Positions 46,450 to 58,500 are shown, numbered from the whole stretch's first letter. The stretch: 61,276 bases of DNA, filler included, from 14 parts of 14 records of this genome joined end to end with filler, not necessarily neighbours in it, one strand, 5' to 3'. The notes: generated from the letters alone by a model not told the origin. Program-made: numbers and translations.

Positions 46450-49104
46450 CTATCTGTCTTTTCGTTGCCACGCGGTCTTCTTATTGGTCATCACGCGAAG
46501 GACACTGTTGTGTGATGTTATGAGCTCGTCCTTCTTGAGCACATTCCTCACTCCATTCGGGCCGATCGCCTCGGCTCTAACATACTCGCCCATTCGCTCC
46601 GAGCTCTCACGGTCACTCGAACACGCTCGCTTGAGCGCCTCATAAAGATTAAACACCGTGCTACCGGGCTTGAGTACCACGCATCTCGACAGAGGACCAG
46701 AGTCTTTGCCCGAGGACTTGAGAGATCCCAAATCGCACACCGGGTAAACCAGCGAGGGTGGGCGTAGGCTCACGGCCTTGGATACCGCGGCCAGCACTCC
46801 AGTGCCGCCCCAAGCTTCGAACACGCTGTTCCGAATATCATCAAGTCTCTGCTGCGTGGTGTGGTCCAGCCGGCTGCTTGGAAGCACTCGTGGAGGGTCT
46901 GATTGGCCCTCGCGGTACTCCACCAGGCCCTCTTGGTGCCACTTTTGGAGCTGCTCCGCAATCAGTCAGCCGGCCGACCGACTAGCCCACCTGCCGCTCG
47001 GCTGCAGCACAGACTACTTGGACGTTCTCGTGCTGCTCCAGCACCCGCTGCACGTTCTGCTTGGCCGCGGGCAGATCGGCTTTATTTAAGACAAGCAGCA
47101 CCGGGAATCGGACCGCCAGGAAGTGTGCAACCAGCGCGTGCAGCTCGCTCTCGCCCCACTCGCTCACCGGACTCAAGTCGTCCGGGTTGAGACCGGCCCG
47201 ACGCAGCACGCTGCGAATCATAGATTTGTTAGCATGATAGCCTGCCCGAGTGCTCCTGCATGGCTGCAGCGCGACGCACCAGAGAACATCCCGGGGAGTC
47301 TGTCCGGGTGCCTGCAGATCCCAGGCCACTTGTGGTGCACGTTGGCGAATATCCAGCTGCCGTTGCTCAGCCGGGCGGCCGGGCAGGGCACCGGTGCAGC
47401 TCCTGGTGCACCCAGTCGATCTCGCCGAGTGGGTCTTGGTTGCTCGCCGCGTCGTTGAGCTGGTTCCCTCCCTCGTCCGTTGTGCCCGACACGTCCACAA
47501 TGTGCAGCAGCACGTCGGCGTCCACCAAATCATTCAAGAATGCGTTCCCCCGGCCCCTGCCCTGCCAAGCCCCGGGCACGAGCCCCGCCACGTCCTTCAC
47601 CAGCAGAGGCAGCTTCCGCTCCCCATTTGCAGCTCTCCCAAATTCGGAGAGGGCCTCCACGCCATAGCCCAGGCCGATCTCAGGGACCGAAAAGTACCCG
47701 GTGCCGTAGTTTGGCTCGATCGTGGTGAAAGGATGCGCCGCCTGCTCAAGGTCACCCGGGTACACAGCCGGCAGCTTACCACTTGCGCCTTGTCAGATAG
47801 AGTCGACGCATTGAAAAAGGTCGATTTACCCGCACTGGGCTTGCCCACTAGCCCCACGCAGTAGCGCCACACCCCGCCGCCCTTGTGCACCTCCTCCGGA
47901 CCGCCCTCCTCGGCGCAAAGACTCGCGTTAGCCGTTGCGGCCTGGATCTGTTGGATAGGGTCGACCTCAGCAACAGCTTCGGGCTCCGCCTCCGCGGCCT
48001 CAGCAGGCCGGTCAGCGAGCCATTCCTCTGCCGCGCTGCAGATCGTGAACACTGAGGCCGCCCCAACTGCCTCCTGCGCCACGCTCTCCAGCAGGGCAAG
48101 CAGCTCCCCAGGGGCATGCACCCCGACCAGCTTGATCCATGGTGGCTGCTCCAGAGGATACCGCTGCGACAACTCTAGCACCAGCCGGGCTGGGTCAAAC
48201 TGACCAGGCTCCGGATCTCCCAGCAGCAGTCGCCAGCGCCGGTCGGCTAGCTGCTCGAACCGCTGGTCGTATATGGCGGCGAGTGCCTCAGCCTCCAGCT
48301 GTTGCTCCTCCCTGCACTCTGGCCAGCACTCCGGCTCCTGCTCTGCCACGCTCTCAATAAACTGCCGGACCGCCGCTATGTCGGCCGCCCTGGTGGGCCA
48401 GCAGTGCCCGCCGGGGTGGCGCCAGACAGTCCGGTGTGGATAGCTCTCAGCGAGATGGGTTGACTCCTCTAGAGGCACCAGTTCGTCCTTCTCCCCAGCA
48501 ATATGCAGCGACGCCCCGACCGCCGCGCTCCCGGGGCACCCGCACATTGGGGCACCGCACAGCACCACGAACCGCACCGCGTCCCACGGGCGCCCACCCT
48601 CAGTCACGAGCGCGTGCGCCACCGCCGCGCCCTGGCTGAACCCAAGAATGCCATCCCATGCCCCCCCAGGGAGCCCGAGCGAGCAGAGCTCGGGCGCGTC
48701 AGCGTACCAGTTGCGGGTGGGCACCTCCTGCCCGTCGGCCAGCGGGAGCTCGATCGGTCCCTCCGCGAACACAAAGTCGGCGAGGTCGGACAGCTTGCTG
48801 GTCAGCTCTGCCGCCCGACTCAGCTCCGGCCCGGCCGGCCAGCGCACTGTCTAGCCGGTTGGCGAAAGTGTCGGCGTTCTGCCGCCCACCGTGCAGACAC
48901 AGCACCCGCAGCCTGCCCTGTGCCGGTGGCGTCTCAACTCCTCCTCGCGACGGGGCGGCGGTCGCGTTGAGGCTCGCGGCTGGGGCCAGCGGCAGTGGCT
49001 CCCGGGCCGGGGAGGGCCCTCTGGCGGCTACCTCGTCGGCTGCTCTCGCCGCCCGTGCCTCGGCCCAGCGGTCAGGCTTGGGCTTGGGCTTGGGCTTGGG
49101 CTTG
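46450..49104 (-). CDS. fusion of FSH1-type serine hydrolase, RWD domain and Obg-family GTPase (Ygr210-like); 5'-partial, five introns
   Basis: Hydrolase: LCLHGGRQN, GFSQG, GEKD, HPGGH. RWD: EAEALAAIY...YPLEQPP. GTPase: GKPSAGKST, PFTTIEPN, DVAGLVPGAWQGRGRGNAFL, NKAD. Confidence 0.88.
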
Positions 49105-49605
49105 NNNNNNNNNNNNNNNNNNNNNNNNNNNNNNNNNNNNNNNNNNNNTTAATTAATTAANNNNNNNNNNNNNNNNNNNNNNNNNNNNNNNNNNNNNNNN
49201 NNNNTGGCATTTAAATCGGTTTCTTGTCTGGTAAGCCTGCTGCCTGGCCCGCTTGAGAGCGCAAGCAGTTAGCTCCAGCCCTAGACGAAGTGCATGCGGA
49301 AGCTTAGATCCAATTGTTAAGTATGAATTCGAAGACTAGTGTGATCGCTTTATACAGCGGTACATGTACGTACCGTTACAATCTCGATTAAATCGATTAG
49401 TACTTATCCTGAGACTAATCAGTTAGATATCTCCTCAGGCGGGAGCTACTCGTACAGTGTACTACGCCCGAATGTAGGGCTCCCGAATGTGCATTGATAT
49501 TTCTGGGCTGTCGACTGATTTCACTTCACAGACGTCTCTCCGACACGTCGACAAAGCTCAACATAGCTCAACATGATGAAGCCTGGCTCGTGGCTGGGAG
49601 GCCCT

Positions 49606-50901
49606 CTAACCGTTGCGGCAGCTGGGCGTGAGCAGTTGCACAATCGCCGACGGCACATCTCCATGCATTTGAGCATAAGCGAGCGGTGTCAATCGCTTCT
49701 CTGTGGAGTCTGCCACATTCACGTCCGCCTTGGCCGCCACGAGCACTTCCAGGGCCTCCTGGCATCGCCATGTGGCTGCATAATGGATCGCAGTCCTGCC
49801 GTGTGCATCGCTTGCATCCGGATCCGCCTTGGCTGCCAACAAAGCTCGAACGTCTTCAGGAAGGTCGTTCCCAGCTGCATACCTCAGCAGCATTGGTAGC
49901 CACACCGAGCCAAACTGCTCGCGCACTATGCTGTCAACGGCCTCACACCCGCCCTCCACCTCGCGCTCCACAAAATCAAGAACAAACGCTTTATCTGCAG
50001 GCACTGTTGCCTCGGCATCGCGGATGGCCACTATGCAGCTCTCCAGTTGGTAGTTGAGGGCTGCAGCCCTTGCCACGTCCTCAGGCCTGAGCTTGCCACT
50101 GATGATACGGAACCCTCTGCCGGTCCTGTTCCCTTGGGCAACTTCATAGAGGCACCACACACGGCTCAATGCCCGAGGTATCGTCACGTTGGGCGCAGAG
50201 AACCAAACTTCGTCCGATTGTTCCATCGCTCGATTTAACATTCCCATCACGTCGTCAGGATCATGCTGGTTGCTGCAAAAGATATCCCAATAAAAGTAGA
50301 GCGTATCGTGCTGCTCGCTGCCTTCACGCACTGACCAGAACAGTGTGCGATAAGTCGACTGCCAAGACTCGCCCCAGGTGTAGCTGTGGAAGACGTTGCA
50401 GGTCCCAACTAACGGCGCGCCGCTCTGTCGCCACCTTAGCCCCAGGAAGAGGTCGAGGAGGCGGCAGGGGCAAGGGCTGGTCTTGGTCTGGGGCAGTACA
50501 ACAAAGCTGTTCATCCAGTGAACGCTCGGGACGCAATCCTCTTTCCAGTGTAAAGACAGCCTGTCACACTGGGTGAGGGCCACGCTGTCCAAACTCAGGC
50601 CTCTTGCGACACACTCTTGCTTCGAGAGACCCTGGTGCCCACCAAAGCCTGCCTCGATCATGAACGCAACCGCGCGCATGTTGAGGCCGAGCTGAGTTCT
50701 GTCGGTCTGCTGTGCGTGCAGCAAGCCAGCATCGAACTCAACCTGCTCGTGCTCTCGCAGCAAGGGGCCGAGCCATAGCGCCTCATTCATGACCGAGGCA
50801 GTCTTTTGGTAGCGACCCGCCTGGCAGGCACCGCCAGCACTGTCGTCGGTTGGGCGCCAAGAGTCCTCAATTCTGAATTCGAGTCCATCTTGTTGATTCA
50901 T
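49606..50901 (-). CDS. TIR/HET-like domain plus C-terminal ankyrin repeats (start 50901 or 50790)
   Basis: FHSYTW...YWDIFCSNQH...LSRVWCLYEV, then GRTAIHYAA and LTPLAYA ankyrin repeats. Confidence 0.72.
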   Translation of the reverse strand: MNQQDGLEFRIEDSWRPTDDSAGGACQAGRYQKTASVMNEALWLGPLLREHEQVEFDAGLLHAQQTDRTQLGLNMRAVAFMIEAGFGGHQGLSKQECVARGLSLDSVALTQCDRLSLHWKEDCVPSVHWMNSFVVLPQTKTSPCPCRLLDLFLGLRWRQSGAPLVGTCNVFHSYTWGESWQSTYRTLFWSVREGSEQHDTLYFYWDIFCSNQHDPDDVMGMLNRAMEQSDEVWFSAPNVTIPRALSRVWCLYEVAQGNRTGRGFRIISGKLRPEDVARAAALNYQLESCIVAIRDAEATVPADKAFVLDFVEREVEGGCEAVDSIVREQFGSVWLPMLLRYAAGNDLPEDVRALLAAKADPDASDAHGRTAIHYAATWRCQEALEVLVAAKADVNVADSTEKRLTPLAYAQMHGDVPSAIVQLLTPSCRNG

Positions 50902-50910
50902 CAGCGAGCG

Positions 50911-52187
50911 ATGGGTAATCGATGCAGCAAGAAGGGGATGAACCAGACCGACGGGGGGGCAACCGAGCCCACCCGCTCGATGATCTCCCCGCCACCTTCC
51001 CTGCGCAACGGGACCGGCCTCACTCATCGGCGCGAGTCTATCCGCCGGGCCGAGAGCGAGTTTGGTCTACACCGCAGGAGGCGCGAGCTGGAGTTGGAAC
51101 GGCGGCGGCTTGAGGTGATCAACCGGGGCAAGGAGCTCGACAAGATCCGCCGGGCCTCTCGCGAGTCCGAATCCCAGCTGGCCAGCCTGCAGACCAGCGT
51201 GGTGGAGCAGCGCACGCTCATGGCCCAGCGCCGGTCCGAACTGGACGCGGGCGTGGCCGTCCTCCGGGTGCAGCTGGAGCAGCTTTACAACGCTGAGCTC
51301 AGCCCAGAGCAATCCTCTGAGCGTCGGCCGCGCTGGGCCGAGTCAGGTCAGTGCGCGCTCTGCGTGGAGCAGGCCGAAGCGGGGCCCGAGTTCGGGTTCG
51401 GGAACCGGCGGCATCACTGCCGGCGGTGCGGCCGGTCGGTGTGCCAGCGGCACTCCGGACTGAGCGCTCCGCTGCCGATGCTCGGATATAGCGAGCCTGT
51501 TCGGCATTGCGATAGCTGCTTCACTGAGAGTCGGTGGGGCGAGACTCTGTTTGGCAGCATCGCACCGTCGGCGGATGGCGTCCATCCAAAGCCGGAGTGG
51601 GCCGCCAAGGCCAGGGCGCTAGGCCTGAGTGAGCCGCTGATTGAATCGCGGCTTGTACCTTTAATTGATCTGGCAGCGCTGCTCCGGCAGGTTTGCTCCC
51701 ATTGGCCTGATTGCCGGCCTGTGCATTAGCAAACCCTGACCGTGCGGCAGGGGCAGGCCGAGATGGACGAGCTGGACGAGCACCAGTCTGCGGTGACTCA
51801 GCTGCTCCGAGAGCGCGGCTCTGCCCTCGATCGGCACAGCCAGGCGTTTGCTAATGCACAGGCATCTCGGCTGGGCTCAGGGTTGGAGTGAGGGCGGGCA
51901 GGCGGCGGTGGCCGAGGTGGCGAACGAGCTGCACGAGCTGGAGCTGAGCCGGGTCCGGCGTCCCGTCAGCCCGGACAGCGATTACTCTGCCCACTCGAGT
52001 GCGAGGTGCGCACGGCCTGGGAGGGTTGTCTCAGACAGTGGTGTGCAGTGTGTCGTGTGGCAGCGGCGAGGAGCCGGCTGAGGGCCCGGCTGCCGAGTCT
52101 TTCACTCACCTAGGCCAACGAGCCGGCGAGTTTGAGCGTACTGGCCGGCCAGAGTACGAGCACGAGTATGAGATTGCTATACATTAG
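50911..52187 (+). CDS. coiled-coil FYVE zinc-finger protein, possibly myristoylated (3' exons approximate)
   Basis: MGNRCS start; PRW...CALC...RRHHCRRCGRSVC...VRHCDSC. Confidence 0.82.
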
Positions 52188-52513
52188 CAAGATAAATTAT
52201 TAGGGGCCCTTATCTACGCCATAATTATGGGCTTTTAATTAACTAANNNNNNNNNNNNNNNNNNNNNNNNNNNNNNNNNNNNNNNNNNNNTTAATTAATT
52301 AANNNNNNNNNNNNNNNNNNNNNNNNNNNNNNNNNNNNNNNNNNNNGTCTTCCCAGGGCAGGGAGGGGTCAGCGGCCGTGCAGTTCCCGCGGCACGGGAG
52401 CCCCGCCGGCGGCGAGCCGGGGCGCTCCATCCCAACGTCGGCCCTCACGCCATCTGCACAACGACAACCCAACAACAACAACACAACGGTCATCTCCGGA
52501 CGTGGTGGTGGCC

Positions 52514-53533
52514 ATGGGCAGCTGCGAGAGTTCAGAGCACGACGGCGAGAGTAAAGACTTGCGAGACGCCCAGCCCGCCAAACCAGGTCGGCGGCGTTCG
52601 GACGCCGCGGCCGTCATGCGGCGCGACCTCGCCCGGATCGAGCGCGAGCGCGCCGAGCAGGCCAGTGCCCGCCCCCCCCATGTCCGCCAATGATGAGAGC
52701 CGATAGCCAGCCTAGGGGCCAATCCCCGGTGCGGCAGCTAGACGGTGTCCCTCTGAGGCCGGATGCCCATGCCTGGGGCCGGTGTGAGCTGGGGCCAGGC
52801 GAAAAAGCCAATGCGGAACTCGATCGAAGAGGCGCTGCTGATGCCGATGCACTTCACAGTAGTGTGCTTCGGAGACGGGAACAACGGGCAGACCTCCATC
52901 TGGCGCCGACTGCAGGCGCGGGGCGGGGCAACTCGATGCTGAGCCACCGGCAGGGCAAGCCGATGGTGACTGACGCCAGCGAGATGAAGCTGGAGCCTGA
53001 GGCCAAGGAGCTTAGGGTGAAGCACCAGGGGATCTGTTACAGGATCAGCCTGATCGACGCGGGCGAGGGGATCGAGGGGGTGGACGAGGCCAATAAGCAG
53101 TGCTTTGACGCCGCTGATTTCTTCCTGCTTGTATTTGATATGTGCCAGCCTACCTCTATCAGCATGGACAACATCGTCTCACGCTGGCTACCGGTGATAC
53201 ACTCGCGCGGCGGGACCAACTTCATGCTGGTCGGGGCCAAGAAAGACAAGTTTGAGGCCAACGGCGGCGACACGGCTGCTCTGAGACAGCAAGTCGACGA
53301 GGTGATGTACGCGGAGCAAAACGGAACTTACATGTTCAAATACCACGGCTACATGGAGACTTCGTCGGCCACCGGTGAGAACTTGGGGGTCACGGTGCAT
53401 CCAGGCAAGCCGGTGGGCTGGGTTACCAAGCCTGGATTGAGCTAGAGGACAGGCGAAGCCGGCCGCGGGCTCATTGCTTGCGAAGCTTATGGAAGCATTT
53501 GAAGGATTGACCGAGATGGCGTCGAGCTCGTAG
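52514..53533 (+). CDS. divergent Ras/Rho-superfamily small GTPase-like protein (GC-AG intron 52916-52953; 5' exons uncertain)
   Basis: VVCFGDGNNGQTS, ISLIDAGEG, ADFFLLVFD, NIVSRWLP, LVGAKKD, YMETSSATGENL. Confidence 0.7.
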
Positions 53534-53777
53534 TCCAATAGTATTTGATATGAAACTGAGGATGGGTTTAGTGGCATTGCAATTGCGTAGTTCGAGGTTC
53601 TCTGTGTGCACGTTTGCATAGATCATGGCATAGAGATAGATTCAATAGATTGACAAATGAGCGTGTCAATTCAACTTAATAGTCAACGGCTTTATTTCTA
53701 GATTATAGCTGGCTAGTGTACACTATTTTAAGTGTGGATGATTACCGAGAGCAGTGCGAATACCGGGAGAGACACCC

Positions 53778-53843
53778 AATTGCAATGTGGCCAGGTTCAC
53801 CCTTGTGAGTAATTGCAATGTGGCCAGGTCCACTCTTGTGCGT
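53778..53843. repeat. 33-bp tandem duplication (two copies, three mismatches)
   Basis: aattgcaatgtggccaggttcacccttgtgagt / aattgcaatgtggccaggtccactcttgtgcgt. Confidence 0.9.
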
Positions 53844-53882
53844 GCCGCAAGCTTCGATCATCCAAGCACCGTCCATCCTTCA

Positions 53883-54744
53883 CTACTCCTCCAGCAGGGC
53901 GGCCGCTGGCGCATCCTGCCCAGTCTGCACCCGCCCGCTTTCAGCCTCTAGCCCGGTAGTCCAGACCTTGGGCTGTTGGAAAAGCGGTAGAGCCGGCGCC
54001 GGCTCGCGGGCGTACTGATCGATCCACTCCCTCAGATGATCCTCAAATGCCGCAGAGTCGCTCTGACCCTCTCCTCACGGCCAGCCCCACTAGACCGGGC
54101 ACCAAATACTGGGCAGCGGCGTCGCTGTTTAGAGGATCTTCGTAGTTTGCTTCGCCGGTGAAGAGCGTGAGGATGCCAATAACCACCTGCGGCCTGCTTG
54201 CACCCTCCCGGCCAGCCGGCTACAAATTCGAGCCTGGTGGTCGCGTTGAACGCGCCGTTGGAACGTGCCCCCGGCGTGTACACCAGGCTATGGCAGACCT
54301 TCCCTTCCGGTGTGATGTTCGGGTGCCAAATCTGGGTCAAGCACTTCACGAGTGGCTGAGCCGGAAATCGTGAGCACACATCAGCGCGTAGGCCAATTAC
54401 CGGCTCGTGCGGCCAGTTGATCATTGTGCCGTCATCTTTCACGAACTTGAACTCCTGATGCGGCTCAGGGCGTCGGTGTACCAGAAGAAGGCGGCGTACC
54501 AGAGCGAAGGTGCCGCCGGCCCACGGACCAACGTCCGGGGTGTAGTACACGATGAAGTGCTGACCGATGGGCTGAGCGAGGCCGCAGGGCTGAGCACCTT
54601 GTATTTGTCCATGTCCTCGTGATCGTCCTCGGTGGCTCGGACGAACTGGACTTTACACGTGTCCATCGGCAGCCCGAGCGTCTCGTTCTGGCCCTTGTCA
54701 AAGTCCCGCTTGAAGAGCGTGAAGAGGCGCTTGTCCATTGGCAT
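53883..54744 (-). CDS. ubiquitin/NEDD8-conjugating E2 enzyme (Ubc12/UBE2F-like), about five introns
   Basis: [38 protein letters not shown] (catalytic Cys), EDPLNSDAA. Confidence 0.87.
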
Positions 54745-54906
54745 TGTTAGCCGTGTACCACCGGGCAGATTGCCCAGTGGCCACTGACAAAAAAAAAAAA
54801 ACTGACACGGACTCACGGAGACAGCGACTGAACTGTGAACGACGGCAGGTAGCACACGGCGGCAGACCAAGGCACCAGGCTCGTCTGATGCCGCCTGCGG
54901 GCAGCA

Positions 54907-55447
54907 TGAGCGACCCGGTCGACTCGGCCGAGTTCCTGGCCGAGATGTTCCCCGCGATCGACCCGGCCCTGATCGGGCAGGTCTCGGCCCAGGCTGGCTC
55001 GCTGCATGCGGCCATCAGCGCGCTGCTAGAATTGCACTCCCAGGCCCAGCCGCCCGCCAGCGCGGGCCCGGAGCCGGTGCGGGCTGGGCTGCACCGAATG
55101 CTCGGCCAGCTGGAGCGGCCCGGCTGTGACACACCTGGCCGAGAGGCTGATGGCGCTGCTGCTAATCTCGCGCGGCTGCTGCGGAGTGATCAGCCCACCC
55201 CACCGGCGGCCGAGGCGGACGAGGAACAGCCGGGCGCGTTGCGCTGGATGGAGGTGAGCTGGCCGACCGGGGTGGCGCTGCGCGGGTCGGCGGACGCGCA
55301 GGATGTGATCGGGCGCGGCCCCGAGCGGGGGGAGCTGCTGGAAGGCAAGCTGACCGCCTGCCGACAGTTCCTGGTCACAGACGAAGGATTTGTGCCCGTG
55401 GCGCACCCAGAGACCGGCGAGCCGCTGCTGGTGCCAGCTGACAGGCA
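54907..55447 (+). CDS. CUE-domain protein, 3'-partial
   Basis: LAEMFPAID...AISALL (MFP and LL CUE motifs). Confidence 0.7.
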
Positions 55448-55547
55448 NNNNNNNNNNNNNNNNNNNNNNNNNNNNNNNNNNNNNNNNNNNNTTAATTAAT
55501 TAANNNNNNNNNNNNNNNNNNNNNNNNNNNNNNNNNNNNNNNNNNNN

Positions 55548-58500
55548 CCTTGCTTCAGTGTGAGCACAGTGTGCTCATCATCTCTTGTTGCGCTAGATGC
55601 AGCTACACAGAACCTGCAGTTGGGCCGGTGCACTGCGGGGCTGGTGGCTGGAGTGAATATGATCTTCGATCCAGTTGGGTTCCTTTGTCTCGGGTCTGCT
55701 TTGGCTCCAGATGGCAAGTGCAAGACCTTTGATACAGCTGCAAATGGAATGGGCCGTGGCGATGCAACTGGTGCAGCGCTATTGCGTCCCTTGGAACTCG
55801 AAGGAGATACTCAAGTTGTGATCCGGGCTTCCGGCGTTAACCAGGATGGCAGAAGTGCGTCCATGGCTGCAGCAAACGGGCCATCGCAGGTGGAGCTGCT
55901 CTGTGATGTCATACAGCGAGCCACCGTAGTGGCAGATTGGCGCTGCTCCAGCGAGACTCACGGCACTGGAACTACGCTGGGCGATCCGATCGAAGTCGGT
56001 GCTCTGCGTGCAGTGTTTGGGCATGGGACCAGTTGCAGTGCGCCAATGGTGCTGGGAGCGCTGAAGTCGCGGCTGGGGCACACCGAGGGCGCTTCAGGAA
56101 TAATGGGCGTTCTCAAGGCGGCGCTTCTGCTCTATCAAGCCGCCCGTCCTACCAACTTACACCTGCAAGTGTCCAACCCGAAACTGGAACTGGACGGGTT
56201 TGGTGCTGTGCTGCCAGTGGTAGCTGTTGCTGCGCGTGTCAAGCGGACAAGTGCAGATGCAGCCTGGACCAGTGGGGTGAGCTCGTTTGGCATGTCGGGT
56301 ACCAACAGCCATGCTGTGCTGGACAATACGATGTTGACCGTGAAATTGTCGCAACACCTCGAGAAATCATCAATGGTGCAATACAACACCAGATCTTTTG
56401 CCTGGGTTGTACTACTGTCAGACGAGGCTGGCGATGTGATGCGAAACCCACCAAAATTTGTTGATGAGCATCTGTACGAGGTGGCATGGAAGCCCTCACG
56501 AGCAAACTCAGAACAACAGCTTCTTGTTGAGTATTTGGGAAGCTACAAAACAATGATGACCGCATCTGACCTTTCTCAGTTCACTGTGTGCGTCATCGGC
56601 GCGGGAGCCACCGGGATTGGCATTGCTGGGATGCTCTCCAGACACCAGATTTCATCTGTCATGGTAGACAGGCGGCCCTGTATTGGAGGTCTGTGGCACG
56701 ACGGGTATGCTGGGCTTCGGTTGCATTGTCCAACTTACTACTACCAGTTTCTTGACGATCAGCTGGAAAACGAACCTCATCGAAACAAACTGCTCGCGCA
56801 CCGGCGTACGGCACAGGAGCAGCTTGAATATTTCGAGGACTATGCTAAGCGCCGCAGGCTAGCTTTTGTTCATAGTGTACATTGTGAGTTGCCTTCTGTT
56901 GTTCATAGGACAACTGCCTCTCCAACAGTCGTAATGTCTATCAACGCAGAATCTGTCCAGCTAGAAGTCAGCTTCAAGTGGGCTATTGATGCTCGCTTAG
57001 CTCGTCTTAACGCTGGTTCTCTGCGTCAATTAGCAGGAGCTGAACAGCTCACAACAGAACATATTCTTGGACCAAGTAGTTCCAGTTACATTGTCGTGGG
57101 CGGTGGCAAGTCTGGAGCAGACGCAGTCGTGGAGCTCTCAAGGGCTGGTAAAAAGAATGTTGTATGGATTTGCTCAAAGAAGCTCGGTTTCTCTCGAAGA
57201 GAGGACATGGCTGATCCGCAAAGCCGGGTGAGAGCACTAAAGCAATTCTACGAAGATTGGTTCAAAAGTGATGAAGAGGAGATTCTCGAGTTGTCCAACC
57301 TTGTCAGTCCTCATGACTCCTTTGATTGCTTCAAGTTCGGGATTATCGATCAAGAAGAATTAGACATTTTGACTCAAGTTCAAAAGGTGTATGGGCGGGT
57401 GACGAAGGTAACCACCTCTCTCAACCTCCAGTGCATAGTTGACCTGGAGGATGGCCGGTCCCTTGCAGCGGACAAGGTCATCAGCGCACTGGGTCCAGAT
57501 GCCCAAGCTGTAGTCACAGACCGATCGCATATCCGGACAAGCGCATCCCTGGTGCTCGACATGATCGACTTTGATAATCATGTACTTCATGCGAACAACG
57601 AGGTGGGCGAAGCTGCGCTGGGTGCGAGCCTTCTCGGTCTGCTAGCAGCAGGAGTCATCAGCAATACCATACCACGTTCGAAGTGTGAGAACATAAAACG
57701 TCTCAAGCGCTCGATCCCTCTTCTGGGATGTATAGCACCCTGGATGGCGCGGGACACAAACTCTGCACTGCAAGACAGCACTGTCTTCGAGGCATACATT
57801 GTCGAACTGTTAACCGGGGTCCGCACCGCATTCCGAGCGCTCGAATGGTCGACACAGCGGTCCTTGCTGCGGATGGATGACGAGTCTACGGTACCGGACT
57901 TTGCACTGCTAAGCCCTATCACACTCACACTATACCTGGGGTCGTTGAGATTGGACCCAGCTCTCCAGCAACACCGTGTTGTTTCGACAGTTCAAGAAAC
58001 GATCAATGTGATGGCAATGCCGGCAAAGGTGAGCACACTGCTTGTCGTATCAGCAGGGGCTCTCCAACCTGTCCAGGGTGTCTATGCTGGCTTGGTGCTG
58101 GTACAGATAGCCGATCTGGATAGGCAATCTCCGACAATCTGGTTCGTGACACACGGCACACAGGGTGAAACTATCCACTCTTCTGATGGATCTGGGCTCT
58201 GGGGGTTGGCCCGCACAGTACGTATCGAAAAAGGAAGCACTCTACCATGTGGATGTCTCGATCTCAAAGAGTCAACTGCGCTGATTGCCATCAATAGCTT
58301 GGATGTATTCGAGCCTGAGGTTTTACAGCAAGAAGGAAAGGACCATCATCCGGTATTGAAGCGGGCCCACTGCACCGCAATGCAGGTGCTGGCAGCCCCA
58401 CGCCGCGCCCATGTTATCACTGGAGGTACTGGTGCCTTAGGACTGGTGTCGGCTGCTTGGTTGTCGGCGGGAGATGCCATCCGGATCATCCTGTTATCCC

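Larger units (their letters stand above)
6077..55547. other. 13 artificial contig spacers N44-TTAATTAATTAA-N44 at 6077-6176, 9575-9674, 14182-14281, 17511-17610, 22201-22300, 26245-26344, 29756-29855, 34184-34283, 41210-41309, 44563-44662, 49105-49204, 52247-52346, 55448-55547
   Basis: Identical 100-nt cassette with stops in all six frames; genes are cut at its edges. Confidence 0.99.

Noticed and set aside
49075-49104. (GGGCTT)n at a contig end resembling a telomere
   Set aside because: It encodes an in-frame Lys-Pro repeat on the minus strand; the same repeat codes KPKPKP in the FMR1 homolog near 26985.
1493-54744. Apparent frameshifts and in-frame stops suggesting pseudogenes or a variant genetic code
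   Set aside because: Those I traced are resolved by short GT-AG or GC-AG introns that restore conserved motifs under the standard code; the channel gene is the exception.
6077-55547. Regularly recurring TTAATTAATTAA flanked by N runs, resembling a repeat family or CRISPR array
   Set aside because: Artificial six-frame-stop contig linker. ORFs ending in XXXLIN are artefacts.
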